Source: Bacilli bacterium (GTDB taxonomy: Bacteria; Bacillota_I; Bacilli_A; RFN20; CAG-826). Taken from it: 64,000 nt of DNA. Below the pieces are notes generated by a model that had not been told where the DNA came from, searched no databases, and saw only the letters and a list, made by a program, of their open reading frames with translations. The translations under genes and the position numbers were made by a program. This document shows positions 28,951 to 38,433 of the stretch, in pieces (within the stretch, counting starts at the first letter, position 1; every line of letters starts with the position of its first letter). The stretch spans positions 13,253 through 77,252 of the forward strand of contig JBMSKF010000001.1 of the NCBI GenBank assembly GCA_049419605.1. The letters are read 5' to 3'.

Positions 28951-31218
28951 ATGTCAATTTATCGGGGGAAAAATAGACTAAAAGTTAAACCACAGTCAAA
29001 TGGTTTTTTTGCGATGGTTTTTATTTTAATTTCAATCGTTTTAGGTTTGTTACTTTCATTTATTTCAATCTTAAATGATTTAAGTAGTTTTGATTGGCGT
29101 AACTTCCTAGGATTTGATCAAACATGGTTAAGCAATGAATGGATGCTTCTCGTTTCAGGATTATTATTTTTGGTGATTATTCTTAGTAGTGGTTTTCGAT
29201 ACTGGATACTTTTAAACGATAATAAATTTAAGATTGGATTTTTTCAAAGTCTTCGATTTGGTATCTTGGCAAGATACTATGTTTTGATTACACCTTGGGG
29301 TTTAGGTTCACAACCAATTCTTATCGGATTAATATTTCAAAAAGGAGCGTCTGTTGGGCGAGCTACCGCCAGTGTGATGCTTGATTTACTATTGATGCGT
29401 TTATCCATGGGTTTGCTGGTTTTATTTGCATTGTCATTTTATGGCCATTTAGTGAATCCAACCATTTTAACCGTTGCATGGTTGGGTTTTTTGCTAACGT
29501 GTTTAACACCAATCTTTTTTGTTTTGGCCTCCATTAATCCATCGATAGAAAAGATAACTTTAAGTATTATTCGATTTTTCTCTCCTAAACAGTATCAAAA
29601 ATGGAAGTCTAAAATATCTGAAAGCTTGATTCAATACCGCCTCGCATTTAAAAGTTTTAAGCATAAAAAGATTAAGTTATTCATCGTTACTATTTGGTCT
29701 ATTATCTCTCAGCTAGCATTATTGAGTTTACCTTTTTTCATTTTGAGCACTTTTCCTCAAACCAATTTTGGCATTATCAATCCACCATTTACTTATTTCA
29801 ATGTGTTAATCATGATGACGATTGCTAATGTTGTCTTAGGAACTGTGCCTACTTTAGGAAGTGCCGGTGCAGCTGAATTTACATTTACAACTTTATTCAA
29901 TGTTTTCTTATCTGGACAGTTTTTAGTCATCGCTATCTTAATTTGGCGATTTTTATTATTTTATGGTTGGTTGATAATGGGTATTGTGATGACACTTGCC
30001 TCAGAAATTTCCCGAAGGAAAAGATTAATCAAGACGAAAAAAATCAATTTTAAACTACCATTAAAAGTCTTTATTTTTAATGATGGATTTTATCCGCTTA
30101 TAGATGGCGTTGTCAAAACAATTGATGCATACGCAAGATATTTACTCAGCCAAGGGATTGATGTGACGGTCATTGTTCCTTTTCAAGGTGATATTAAAGT
30201 CTATCCCTATAAGATCATTGCCATCCCCCAAGTCAAATTACCTGGTTTATTTTACCCAATACCGTATGGATATAATCGGAATTATATTAAGCGACAATTG
30301 CAGTACGATGGCCCTGCTATTTATCATGCCCACACTCCATTTTTGTTGGGAAATTTTGCACTTAAATTCTCTAGAAAATATCAAATTCCTTTGGTGACGA
30401 CATTCCATAGTAAATATTATGATGACTATTACGCAGCAACCAAAAGCAAATGGCTATCAAAACTCATGACCAATTTTACGATGCGTTATTTTTCTAAAGC
30501 ATTTAGTATTTGGACAGTCTCGCAACCAACTGTAAAGACCATCCGACGTTATGGGTTAAGGCATCGAGGTATCAAAGTAATTCCAAATGGAACAGATATG
30601 GAACCTTTCAAAGCTGAAAATTCTGAAATTTTAAAGGAACTTCAAATTAAATTAGACATCAATCCAAATGTAAAAACAATCCTCTTTGTAGGTCAATTGA
30701 TTTGGCAGAAAAATCTAAAACTGATTATTGATTCATTTAAACAACTTGATCAATATCGAGGTAAATATCAATTGGTTATTGTCGGAGAAGGTAGACATGA
30801 AGATGCCATCAAGCAATATGCAAAAGACCAAAATTTAAGTAATAAAATCATTTTTACCGGTAAAATTAAGGAATATCAAATTTTATCTTATCTGTATGGT
30901 TTGGCAAACTTATTCTTTTTTCCTTCTGCTTATGATAACGATCCACTCGTCATTAAAGAAGCTGCCATCCATGCATTACCCGCTTTGGTTATGAAACATA
31001 CTTCCATTGCCGAACATATAAAAAATGACATCAATGGATTCGTTCATCATGGGAATGCTAAATCTTTTGCAAAGAGAATCATCCATATTTTGAATAGCGA
31101 CTCAAAGAGAAAAAAAGTGGGGTTAAAGGCGCGTCAAGATCTTGCAAAGCGATGGCCTGAAACCTTAAAAAATCTTGTTAAGTTTTATCGCCAAGTAATC
31201 AAAAATTATTACTCCTAG
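28951..31218 (+). CDS. Fusion of a UPF0104/MprF-flippase-like (LPG_synthase_TM) membrane domain with a GT4 retaining glycosyltransferase (probable glycolipid synthase)
   Basis: about 340 aa with multiple transmembrane helices, then a GT4 domain with the E-x7-E motif region (FFPSAYDNDPLVIKEA). Confidence 0.7.
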   Translation: MSIYRGKNRLKVKPQSNGFFAMVFILISIVLGLLLSFISILNDLSSFDWRNFLGFDQTWLSNEWMLLVSGLLFLVIILSSGFRYWILLNDNKFKIGFFQSLRFGILARYYVLITPWGLGSQPILIGLIFQKGASVGRATASVMLDLLLMRLSMGLLVLFALSFYGHLVNPTILTVAWLGFLLTCLTPIFFVLASINPSIEKITLSIIRFFSPKQYQKWKSKISESLIQYRLAFKSFKHKKIKLFIVTIWSIISQLALLSLPFFILSTFPQTNFGIINPPFTYFNVLIMMTIANVVLGTVPTLGSAGAAEFTFTTLFNVFLSGQFLVIAILIWRFLLFYGWLIMGIVMTLASEISRRKRLIKTKKINFKLPLKVFIFNDGFYPLIDGVVKTIDAYARYLLSQGIDVTVIVPFQGDIKVYPYKIIAIPQVKLPGLFYPIPYGYNRNYIKRQLQYDGPAIYHAHTPFLLGNFALKFSRKYQIPLVTTFHSKYYDDYYAATKSKWLSKLMTNFTMRYFSKAFSIWTVSQPTVKTIRRYGLRHRGIKVIPNGTDMEPFKAENSEILKELQIKLDINPNVKTILFVGQLIWQKNLKLIIDSFKQLDQYRGKYQLVIVGEGRHEDAIKQYAKDQNLSNKIIFTGKIKEYQILSYLYGLANLFFFPSAYDNDPLVIKEAAIHALPALVMKHTSIAEHIKNDINGFVHHGNAKSFAKRIIHILNSDSKRKKVGLKARQDLAKRWPETLKNLVKFYRQVIKNYYS

Positions 31219-31248
31219 TTTAGAATCATATATAATAGAAAAGTTAAA

Positions 31249-31821
31249 ATGAAAACAATATTAGTTGAAACTTCTGCACGTCATATTCATCTTACGCAGC
31301 AAGATTTAGAAATTCTTTGCGGTCAAGGTTTTCAAATGCAATCAGTCCGGCCATTATCACAACCGGGGCAATATGTTTCTAATGTTCGTCTCACCTTAGT
31401 TGGTCCAAAAAGAACCTTTGAAAACGTCGTAGTTCTTGGGCCGGTGAGACCTGCTTCTCAAGTTGAAGTCTCAGCAACCGAAGCTAGAATGTTAGGGATT
31501 AATCCTCCTGTCCGAGAATCTGGAGACATTCAAGGTTCCAGTCCCATCACCATTGTTGGACCTCAAGGTCAAATTCAGTTACCATTCGGATGCATCATTG
31601 CTAAACGCCACATTCACATGACACCTGAAGACGCATTCTTGTTTCAAGTTAAAGATAAAGATATTGTGTCGGTAAAAGTCCATTCACCATCCAGATCCTT
31701 AATTTTTGGTGATGTTATCATTCGCGTTAGAAAAGATTTTTCATTAGCGATGCATATTGATACGGACGAAGCGAATGCTGCCGGCCTAAATGGCGATACA
31801 CAAGGCGAATTAATAAAATAA
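31249..31821 (+). CDS. pduL: PduL-type phosphate acyl(propanoyl/acetyl)transferase
   Basis: duplicated PTAC half-domains, each with an RHIH metal-binding motif (SARHIHL; AKRHIHM). Confidence 0.75.
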   Translation: MKTILVETSARHIHLTQQDLEILCGQGFQMQSVRPLSQPGQYVSNVRLTLVGPKRTFENVVVLGPVRPASQVEVSATEARMLGINPPVRESGDIQGSSPITIVGPQGQIQLPFGCIIAKRHIHMTPEDAFLFQVKDKDIVSVKVHSPSRSLIFGDVIIRVRKDFSLAMHIDTDEANAAGLNGDTQGELIK

Positions 31822-31825
31822 GCCG

Positions 31826-31855
31826 TTTTGCTTTTTACCATTAAACTTGTATAAT
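31826..31855 (+). promoter_or_regulatory. Promoter of the metK leader
   Basis: TTGCTT-16 nt-TATAAT (31850-31855). Confidence 0.5.
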
Positions 31856-31861
31856 ATTCTT

Positions 31862-32005
31862 AAGGTCATATCCCGACACTGTGTAGACGAACCGACCACA
31901 GTAGCAACTCTAGAAATCTAGTAAGTGCTGGTTCAAGCAGAGTTCCACCTCTGAACGATATGAGCGAAAGTCGTTCACAACTTTCCTACGTGGAAAGTTT
32001 TTTTA
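31862..32005 (+). promoter_or_regulatory. Structured metK 5' leader with a terminator/antiterminator (riboswitch-like element, class unassigned)
   Basis: several hairpins; intrinsic terminator aactttcc-tacgt-ggaaagtt plus T7 at 31979-32004; upstream gaaagt (31958-63) can alternatively pair with actttc; AAGGAGG Shine-Dalgarno immediately downstream. Confidence 0.55.
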
Positions 32006-32023
32006 TTCAAGGAGGACTTATAG

Positions 32024-33193
32024 ATGAAGGAAGAAATGGTATTTACTTCAGAAGCAGTTTCTGAAGGCCATCCTGATAAAGTTTGTGACCAAATCGCGGA
32101 TGCAATATTGGATGCTTGTTTAGCACTAGACCCACAAGCACATGTTGCAATTGAATGTTTTGCCGCAAAACAAAAATTATTAATTGGTGGTGAAGTCAGA
32201 TTTTCCTCTCCGTCAATTCATAGACCGGATATCAAGGCAATCGCAAAATCAGTCATGCAAGAAATTGGATATACCGATCCTAATTTAGACTTCTCTGTGA
32301 ATGAAGTGGAAATTTATGATTGGGTTCAAACCCAATCAGAAGATATCAATCAAGCTGTATCAAAGGCAGAAACCACTGCGGGTGATCAAGGGCTTATGTT
32401 TGGATATGCTACGGATGAAACTGCCGGAAAAATGCCATTAGCAATCGTGCTAGCTCAAAAATTAGTTCGGGTTGCCTCAAAGTTAAGAAAACAAGGTCAA
32501 TTTCCTTATGCTAGACCGGATATGAAGTCACAAGTTACGGTTGCATATCAAGGCAAAAAAATAAAAGTAAGCAAAATTGTTATGTCGATTCAACATGATC
32601 CAAAAACTCCTTTTATTGAATTTAAAGATTTTGTCTTAGAAAAAATTATTAAACCCGTGGCCCAATCCTTCCATTTAAATACAGATTATGAAGTTTATAT
32701 AAATCCTTCAGATCGATTTGTGATTGGCGGTCCTGCGGGGGATACTGGTTTAACGGGTCGAAAAATTATTGTTGATACTTATGGTGGTTATGCTCGCCAC
32801 GGTGGTGGATCTTTTTCAGGTAAAGATGCAACCAAAGTGGATCGATCAGGGGCCTATCTTGCTCGATATATCGCGCTCAACTTAGTGGAAGCTGGCGTCG
32901 CTAAAAAAGTAGAAATTCAAATTGCCTACGTGATTGGTCAGGCAGAACCTGTTTCCTTGACGCTATTTACTTTTGGAACTTTAAAAAAAGGATTAACGGA
33001 ATCCCAAGTCATGCAAGCCGTTAAAAAAGTATTCTTTTTTAAACCTGGTGAGATTATCAAGCGATTTTCACTTAATCAACCTACGTTTAAGTATCGAGAT
33101 TTAGCAATATACGGCCATTTTGGTAGACCAGATTTGGATGTGCCTTGGGAAAAAACCGATAAGGTTGCCGAGATTCAAAATCTTTTGTTTTAA
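32024..33193 (+). CDS. metK: S-adenosylmethionine synthetase
   Basis: GHPDK N-terminal motif, the GGGAFSGKD loop and DxSGAY. Confidence 0.92.
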   Translation: MKEEMVFTSEAVSEGHPDKVCDQIADAILDACLALDPQAHVAIECFAAKQKLLIGGEVRFSSPSIHRPDIKAIAKSVMQEIGYTDPNLDFSVNEVEIYDWVQTQSEDINQAVSKAETTAGDQGLMFGYATDETAGKMPLAIVLAQKLVRVASKLRKQGQFPYARPDMKSQVTVAYQGKKIKVSKIVMSIQHDPKTPFIEFKDFVLEKIIKPVAQSFHLNTDYEVYINPSDRFVIGGPAGDTGLTGRKIIVDTYGGYARHGGGSFSGKDATKVDRSGAYLARYIALNLVEAGVAKKVEIQIAYVIGQAEPVSLTLFTFGTLKKGLTESQVMQAVKKVFFFKPGEIIKRFSLNQPTFKYRDLAIYGHFGRPDLDVPWEKTDKVAEIQNLLF

Positions 33194-33259
33194 TATTGAA
33201 TGATTACTACTACCCACTTACTCATAAACTTGAGATAATATGAATATAAGGAGTGGCAT

Positions 33260-33808
33260 ATGAAATACCAAATTGTCGGTAAGAATATTGAGGTTACCAG
33301 TGCTATTTCGAATACTATTCAAAAGAAGCTAGACCACCTTAATAAGTTTTTTGTCATTAAAGACGACGTTACGTGTAGAGTAGTCGTCCGCTCATACAAA
33401 GTGGGTGCTAAAGTTGAAATTACCATTTTTACCCCGATGATGGATGTTCGAGCAGAAGTAAAACATGACGATCTTTATGCAGCTGTTGATTTAGCATTAG
33501 ACAAGTTAGACAACCAACTTCGAAAACTTAAAACACGAATCAAGGATTATAAGCATCCTGGATTAGGTGAATCCATTATTTTAGATGCTATTGAATCTGA
33601 AAAAGTAAACGGGAAAAAAGATGAAATTGTAAGAACGAAATCAATCTTTTTACAACCGATGACAATGGAAGAAGCGATTACAAGAATGGAAGCACTCGGT
33701 CATAGTTTTTATATTTACCTTGATATAGAAGATAAACAAATCAGTCTTTTATATCATCGGAATGATGGTGGTTTTGGTTTGATTCAAGCTGAAAATAAAC
33801 TACAATAA
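33260..33808 (+). CDS. hpf: Ribosome hibernation-promoting factor (long HPF)
   Basis: N-terminal S30AE/RaiA domain (MKYQIVGKNIEVT) plus a C-terminal dimerisation domain. Confidence 0.85.
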   Translation: MKYQIVGKNIEVTSAISNTIQKKLDHLNKFFVIKDDVTCRVVVRSYKVGAKVEITIFTPMMDVRAEVKHDDLYAAVDLALDKLDNQLRKLKTRIKDYKHPGLGESIILDAIESEKVNGKKDEIVRTKSIFLQPMTMEEAITRMEALGHSFYIYLDIEDKQISLLYHRNDGGFGLIQAENKLQ

Positions 33809-33811
33809 ATC

Positions 33812-34642
33812 ATGCCAAAATTGTTTGCGATTGATCTAGACGGAACTTTATTCTATCCAAAAAAAAGGATACGATTGGTTTCAAAAGAAAACGAAAAATT
33901 TTTAAAGCACGTGATTCAACAAGGTCATCAAGTTGCTTTTGTCACGTCAAGAAATAGAGCGTTTGTTGAAAAAGTATTACAACAATTAAAACTTAAGATT
34001 GATTTTGTATGTCGTAATGGATGTATGGTTATTCATAACAATAAAGTTGTCCTTGATCGTTCCATGACTTCTCAAGACGTAGAAAGCGTCGTGGAATATA
34101 TTCAAAAACGTTATCAACGATATATGTTTTCAATCGATACGAAAGAAGAATCTAATCTTGTATTTACATCCAATTATGTTTGGTACTTAGATATCATTTA
34201 TCGCCTATATTACTTGTTTCAAGGTCGCTATCGAGAAGATTATCGTAAAGATAATGCTTATTTTATGAAACAGGTTCATGGCAATGCAGTGATTCAACGA
34301 TTATTGATTTACTTTGGAATTAGTAAAAAAGGCAAACAACTTGCCCTAGCGGAAAGTAAAAAATTAAAGAAGAAATTTCCCCAACTTGAAATTGCTTGGA
34401 TTAATGGCCTGATAGAAGTAGCGACTTTAGGGACCAATAAAGCAACTGCGTTAACTTATTTGATTGAAAAAAAGGGTATCAATCCTAAAGATGTAATTGT
34501 AGTTGGCGATTCGGGGAATGATATTCCTATGTTTAAAGCTTTTTCCGAAAGTTATTGTATGGTACATGCGCATCCTGAAGTTAAAAAACACGCACGCCAC
34601 CTCATCAAACGAGTTTACAATCTCAAGGAAATCATCCAATAA
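33812..34642 (+). CDS. Cof-type HAD-IIB sugar phosphatase
   Basis: FAIDLDGTL motif I and GDSGND motif IV. Confidence 0.75.
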   Translation: MPKLFAIDLDGTLFYPKKRIRLVSKENEKFLKHVIQQGHQVAFVTSRNRAFVEKVLQQLKLKIDFVCRNGCMVIHNNKVVLDRSMTSQDVESVVEYIQKRYQRYMFSIDTKEESNLVFTSNYVWYLDIIYRLYYLFQGRYREDYRKDNAYFMKQVHGNAVIQRLLIYFGISKKGKQLALAESKKLKKKFPQLEIAWINGLIEVATLGTNKATALTYLIEKKGINPKDVIVVGDSGNDIPMFKAFSESYCMVHAHPEVKKHARHLIKRVYNLKEIIQ

Positions 34643-34694
34643 TTTGGATTGTAATTTATCGTTAAAATTGCTAAAATCACTCTAGGAAATCAAC

Positions 34695-35036
34695 ATGACC
34701 AATCAAAAAAAATCACCGATAACTCTTTCTCAACTTATTTGGGGTAGCTTAGCGATAATTCTCTTAGTTTCAGGTTTTGTTCTTGCATTGTTAGGATTTT
34801 TAAGAGATTTATTGAATTTACCTTATGATCAAAATTGGATTCGCATCGCCGAAAACGCAATGAATGAATTCTTATCAACTAACTTTTCCTGGCAAATCTG
34901 GGGTAGCCTATTCATGGTTCTTGGCGCATTGATCTTCACTTTATTGATGCAACGCCTTGCAACCGAAGAAGAAAAACAAATCGAAAAGTCATTAAGACGA
35001 GCTCAACGTTTACAAGACGCCAAGATTACTAAATAA
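34695..35036 (+). CDS. Small hypothetical membrane protein
   Basis: 113 aa with two transmembrane helices. Confidence 0.4.
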   Translation: MTNQKKSPITLSQLIWGSLAIILLVSGFVLALLGFLRDLLNLPYDQNWIRIAENAMNEFLSTNFSWQIWGSLFMVLGALIFTLLMQRLATEEEKQIEKSLRRAQRLQDAKITK

Positions 35037-35056
35037 GTAATCTTTTTCAAAAGGGA

Positions 35057-36544
35057 ATGAAAACACGATATTTCAATGGTCGTTTTTATACTTTAGATTC
35101 TACCCAACATTACGTCAAAGAAATTTGGGTTGAACAGGGAAAGATTATTCATTTAGGGCATCATCCAGAATGGCATGCTCAAACCTCCATTGATGTTCAA
35201 GGTTGGATGGGTCTACCCGGGTTAGTGGATGCACATTTACATATTTTAGGATATGGTGAAAAACTCACCTTACTTCAACTAAACAAATCAACGAATAAGC
35301 AAGAAATTATAACTAAAGTCCGTTCGCATTTGCAGGATAAATTTTTATATGCTCAAGGTCATGTTGAACAAGCACTAACCAAGTTTGACCTTGATCAAGT
35401 TTCTTCAAAAGTTCCTATTTTATTGAGGCATGCAGATTATCACGGTGCGACTGTAAATCAAGTCGTACTTGATCGTATAGGTTTATCCAATCATCCTACC
35501 GGTATCCTTCACGAGGCTGACGCGATGAAGGCAGTTCAAAGTATTCCTAAATATTCTAAATCTGAACTCACGGCGATGATCATCAAGGCATTTCAACAGT
35601 TACATGCTTTTGGCATTACGGGTGGTCATAGTGATGATTTGTATTACTTTAATGGTTTTAAAGAAACCTTAGAAGCTTTTGAAGATGCACTCAAAGTGAT
35701 TCCTTTTCGAACACACTTATTGATCCATCATTTAGAATTGGATCAATTTCTTGCAAGTAAAAAACCATGGCTTAATCAGAATCCTTATTTACAATTAGGG
35801 GCGATTAAAACTTTTTATGATGGTACGATTTCTAGTCAAACTGCATGGATGGTTAATCCATATCAGCATTCATCCAATTATGGAGAACGCCAATTCACTT
35901 CCAAAGCTTGGGAACAATTATTGATTAAAATTCGTCAAGCAGGCTTACCTATTGCGATCCATACGATTGGCGATCAAGCACTTGATGAAGTGGCAGACTG
36001 GTTAACAAGATATCCTGTTCAATCCGGACTTCATGACCGAATTATTCATGCTTCGTTTGCCAAAAAATCTACCATAGAAAAATTACAAAAACTTTCGCTC
36101 ATTTTTGATATTCAACCCCAATTTATGTCTTCAGATCTCCCCTGGGGTTTATCATTGATTTCTCCTCAAACTGAACTTATCTATCCATGGAAGTCATATC
36201 TTCAACATCAATTGATTTTATGTGGAAGTAGTGATGCCCCAGTCGAAACTCCCAATCCACTTTTAGGAATCAAAGCGGCAACTCAACGGCAAAGTGATCA
36301 CGATCATCAAGTGTATCAACCAGAACAAAAACTTACCATGGTTGAGGCTGTCAATCTTTATACCATCGGTGCCAATGCACCCACTTATGATTTAGCCCAC
36401 CGTGGCACATTAAAAGTAGGTAATCTTGCTGATTTTACGTTCTTTGATCTTGACTTTATACAGGATGAATCCAAGTTAAATTCTACATCTGTGATGATGA
36501 CCGTTATTGATAATCAAATCGTTTATCAAAAACTAAACAAGTAA
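35057..36544 (+). CDS. Amidohydrolase-family (Amidohydro_3/YtcJ-like) metal-dependent hydrolase
   Basis: GLVDAHLHILG metal-binding motif, TIM-barrel amidohydrolase architecture. Confidence 0.7.
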   Translation: MKTRYFNGRFYTLDSTQHYVKEIWVEQGKIIHLGHHPEWHAQTSIDVQGWMGLPGLVDAHLHILGYGEKLTLLQLNKSTNKQEIITKVRSHLQDKFLYAQGHVEQALTKFDLDQVSSKVPILLRHADYHGATVNQVVLDRIGLSNHPTGILHEADAMKAVQSIPKYSKSELTAMIIKAFQQLHAFGITGGHSDDLYYFNGFKETLEAFEDALKVIPFRTHLLIHHLELDQFLASKKPWLNQNPYLQLGAIKTFYDGTISSQTAWMVNPYQHSSNYGERQFTSKAWEQLLIKIRQAGLPIAIHTIGDQALDEVADWLTRYPVQSGLHDRIIHASFAKKSTIEKLQKLSLIFDIQPQFMSSDLPWGLSLISPQTELIYPWKSYLQHQLILCGSSDAPVETPNPLLGIKAATQRQSDHDHQVYQPEQKLTMVEAVNLYTIGANAPTYDLAHRGTLKVGNLADFTFFDLDFIQDESKLNSTSVMMTVIDNQIVYQKLNK

Positions 36545-37306
36545 TAAAGAAAGCGCCATCACAAACATTCCACCAATCAAGCCTAGAATAGATAAATGGT
36601 GATGGCCATATTTTTCTGAGGTTGGTAGCAATTCATCAAGAGAAATATAGACCATGATGCCAGCGACAAAAGGGAATACCACTCCAAAAACATTGGTTGG
36701 CAAAATTGAAGAAAAAATTAAAAATCCAATGACGGCACCTATTGGTTCAGCAAGTCCAGAAAACAATGCAAAATTGAAAGCTTTTGCTCGATTTTTTGTC
36801 GCTTGGAAAATGGGTAATGCAATCGCGATACCTTCAGGGATGTTATGCAACGCAATGGCAATTGTAATCCCTAGACCTAATCGAACATCTTCTAATGCTG
36901 CGTAAAAAGTGGCCATGCCTTCTGGAAAATTATGTAAGGCAATGGCAAAAGCAGAAAATAAACCCATTCTCATCAAATTGGCGTTTGTGTTTTTTTCTTT
37001 GATTTCATGTGGATTATGATCATGAGGGATGAGTTGATCAATGAGTAAAATAAATAGAATGCCAATAAAAAAACCACCAATGGCAATCCATTCACTCATT
37101 GAATTAGAAAAGTTTTCATTAAGGGCAGCTAAACCCTTAGGGATAATTTCAATAAAGGAAACATAGATCATGACCCCAGCAGAAAAACCCAAACTGATTG
37201 CAAAAAACTTTGGGTTATTTGCAAGTTTTGTAAACGCTAATAAACCTCCGATTCCAGATGCGAGTCCGGCAAACAAGGTTAATAATAATGCAAAGACGAT
37301 ATTCAT
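36533..37306 (-). CDS. zupT: ZIP-family zinc transporter (ZupT-like)
   Basis: HNFPEG and HNIPEG ZIP signature motifs; start trimmed to ATG 37306 (MNIVFALL), because the longer track ORF reads through tRNA-Ser. Confidence 0.8.
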   Translation of the reverse strand: MNIVFALLLTLFAGLASGIGGLLAFTKLANNPKFFAISLGFSAGVMIYVSFIEIIPKGLAALNENFSNSMSEWIAIGGFFIGILFILLIDQLIPHDHNPHEIKEKNTNANLMRMGLFSAFAIALHNFPEGMATFYAALEDVRLGLGITIAIALHNIPEGIAIALPIFQATKNRAKAFNFALFSGLAEPIGAVIGFLIFSSILPTNVFGVVFPFVAGIMVYISLDELLPTSEKYGHHHLSILGLIGGMFVMALSLLLV

Positions 37307-37314
37307 TTTTTTAC

Positions 37315-37405
37315 TGGCGGAGAAAGAGGGATTTGAACCCTCGCGCCCGGTTAAGGACCTACAAGCTTTCCAAGCCTGCCCCTTCAGCCACTTGGGTATT
37401 TCTCC
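37315..37405 (-). tRNA. tRNA-Ser (anticodon GGA)
   Basis: GGAGAAA acceptor stem, loop cuUGGAaa, long variable arm, encoded CCA; promoter TGtTATAAT at about 37413-37421. Confidence 0.85.
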
Positions 37406-37467
37406 GTGATTATGATTATAACAAAACTTCCCCAATAGCGACACGAGGAAGTGTTAAAATATCATAG

Positions 37468-38433
37468 ATGAAAAAAATCACCATCACATCGCAATCTGCA
37501 AATCAAAGAGCAGATAAATTTATTCGTAAATGGTTAAAAGAAGCACCATTATCTTTCATTTATAAATTATTTCGAAAAAAAGATGTAAAAATTAACGGTA
37601 AGCGAATTAGCATTGATTATATTTTAAAGGAAGGGGACGTATTAGAGGCTTACGTCCACGATAACCAATTGTTAGATTTTACAACCAACCGTAGATATCA
37701 AAAAAAATTAATCAATTTACCCATTGTTTATGAGGATGCGCATTGCTTAATGATTCATAAACCAAAAGGTTTACTCGTCCAAGGTGAAGATGACACAAGG
37801 CAACATACCCTAACTGAAATGGTGATTGAACACCTTTATGCAAAAGGTGATTTTGATCCAAATCATCCAGGTTTTACACCGGCACCAGGGCATCGTCTAG
37901 ATCGAAACACAAGTGGCTTGGTATTATACGGAAAAACCATTGAAGGTTTACAGGCATTACAACGATTGTTTAAAGATAAAGAAGATTTGAATAAACAATA
38001 TCTAGCGTTGGTTGTGGGTCAACTTAAAGGTCATGGAAAAATTGAATTCCCTTTAATCAAAGATGAAAATAAAAAAATGGTGTTTGTCGCCAACCAACAT
38101 CAAAAGGGTCTTTCTGCTTTGACTGAGTATGAAGTTGTGCGAAATTATGGAAATTTTACCTTAGTTAAAGTGCATTTAATTACAGGTAGAACCCATCAAA
38201 TCCGAGTTCATATGCAGGCCATACAGCATCCCATTGCTGGTGATCGTAAATATGGCGATTTTAAAGTCAATAAATGGTTAATGGATCAATATCATTATGA
38301 ACATCAATTTTTACATGCCACTGAATTATCTTTTGGAGAGATCTCTGGTGTTTTACAAGGACTTTCTCACAAAACCTTTACAATTCAATTAGATAGAACA
38401 GAAGAAGAATTATTGGTAAAATTATCTTCATGA
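37468..38433 (+). CDS. rluD: RluA-family 23S rRNA pseudouridine synthase (RluD-like)
   Basis: N-terminal S4 domain and the HRLDRNTSG catalytic motif. Confidence 0.85.
   Translation: MKKITITSQSANQRADKFIRKWLKEAPLSFIYKLFRKKDVKINGKRISIDYILKEGDVLEAYVHDNQLLDFTTNRRYQKKLINLPIVYEDAHCLMIHKPKGLLVQGEDDTRQHTLTEMVIEHLYAKGDFDPNHPGFTPAPGHRLDRNTSGLVLYGKTIEGLQALQRLFKDKEDLNKQYLALVVGQLKGHGKIEFPLIKDENKKMVFVANQHQKGLSALTEYEVVRNYGNFTLVKVHLITGRTHQIRVHMQAIQHPIAGDRKYGDFKVNKWLMDQYHYEHQFLHATELSFGEISGVLQGLSHKTFTIQLDRTEEELLVKLSS

Noticed and set aside
31860-32010. Calling the metK leader a canonical SAM-I (S-box) or SMK-box riboswitch
   Set aside because: The conserved SAM-I core sequences (UCUUAUCAAGAG, GGAGGGA, GCAACC, GUGCYAA) and the SMK Shine-Dalgarno-sequestering arrangement are absent. 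The leader is kept only as an unclassified riboswitch-like attenuator.
36533-37444. The 303-aa track ORF and ORF 51432..51647 share the peptide HGEIPKWLKG...GSNPSFSA
   Set aside because: The shared peptide is a translation of the two tRNA-Ser genes (37315-37405 and 51446-51537) read in a protein frame. It is not a repeated protein domain. The real zupT starts at 37306.

ORF 51432..51647 is spurious.
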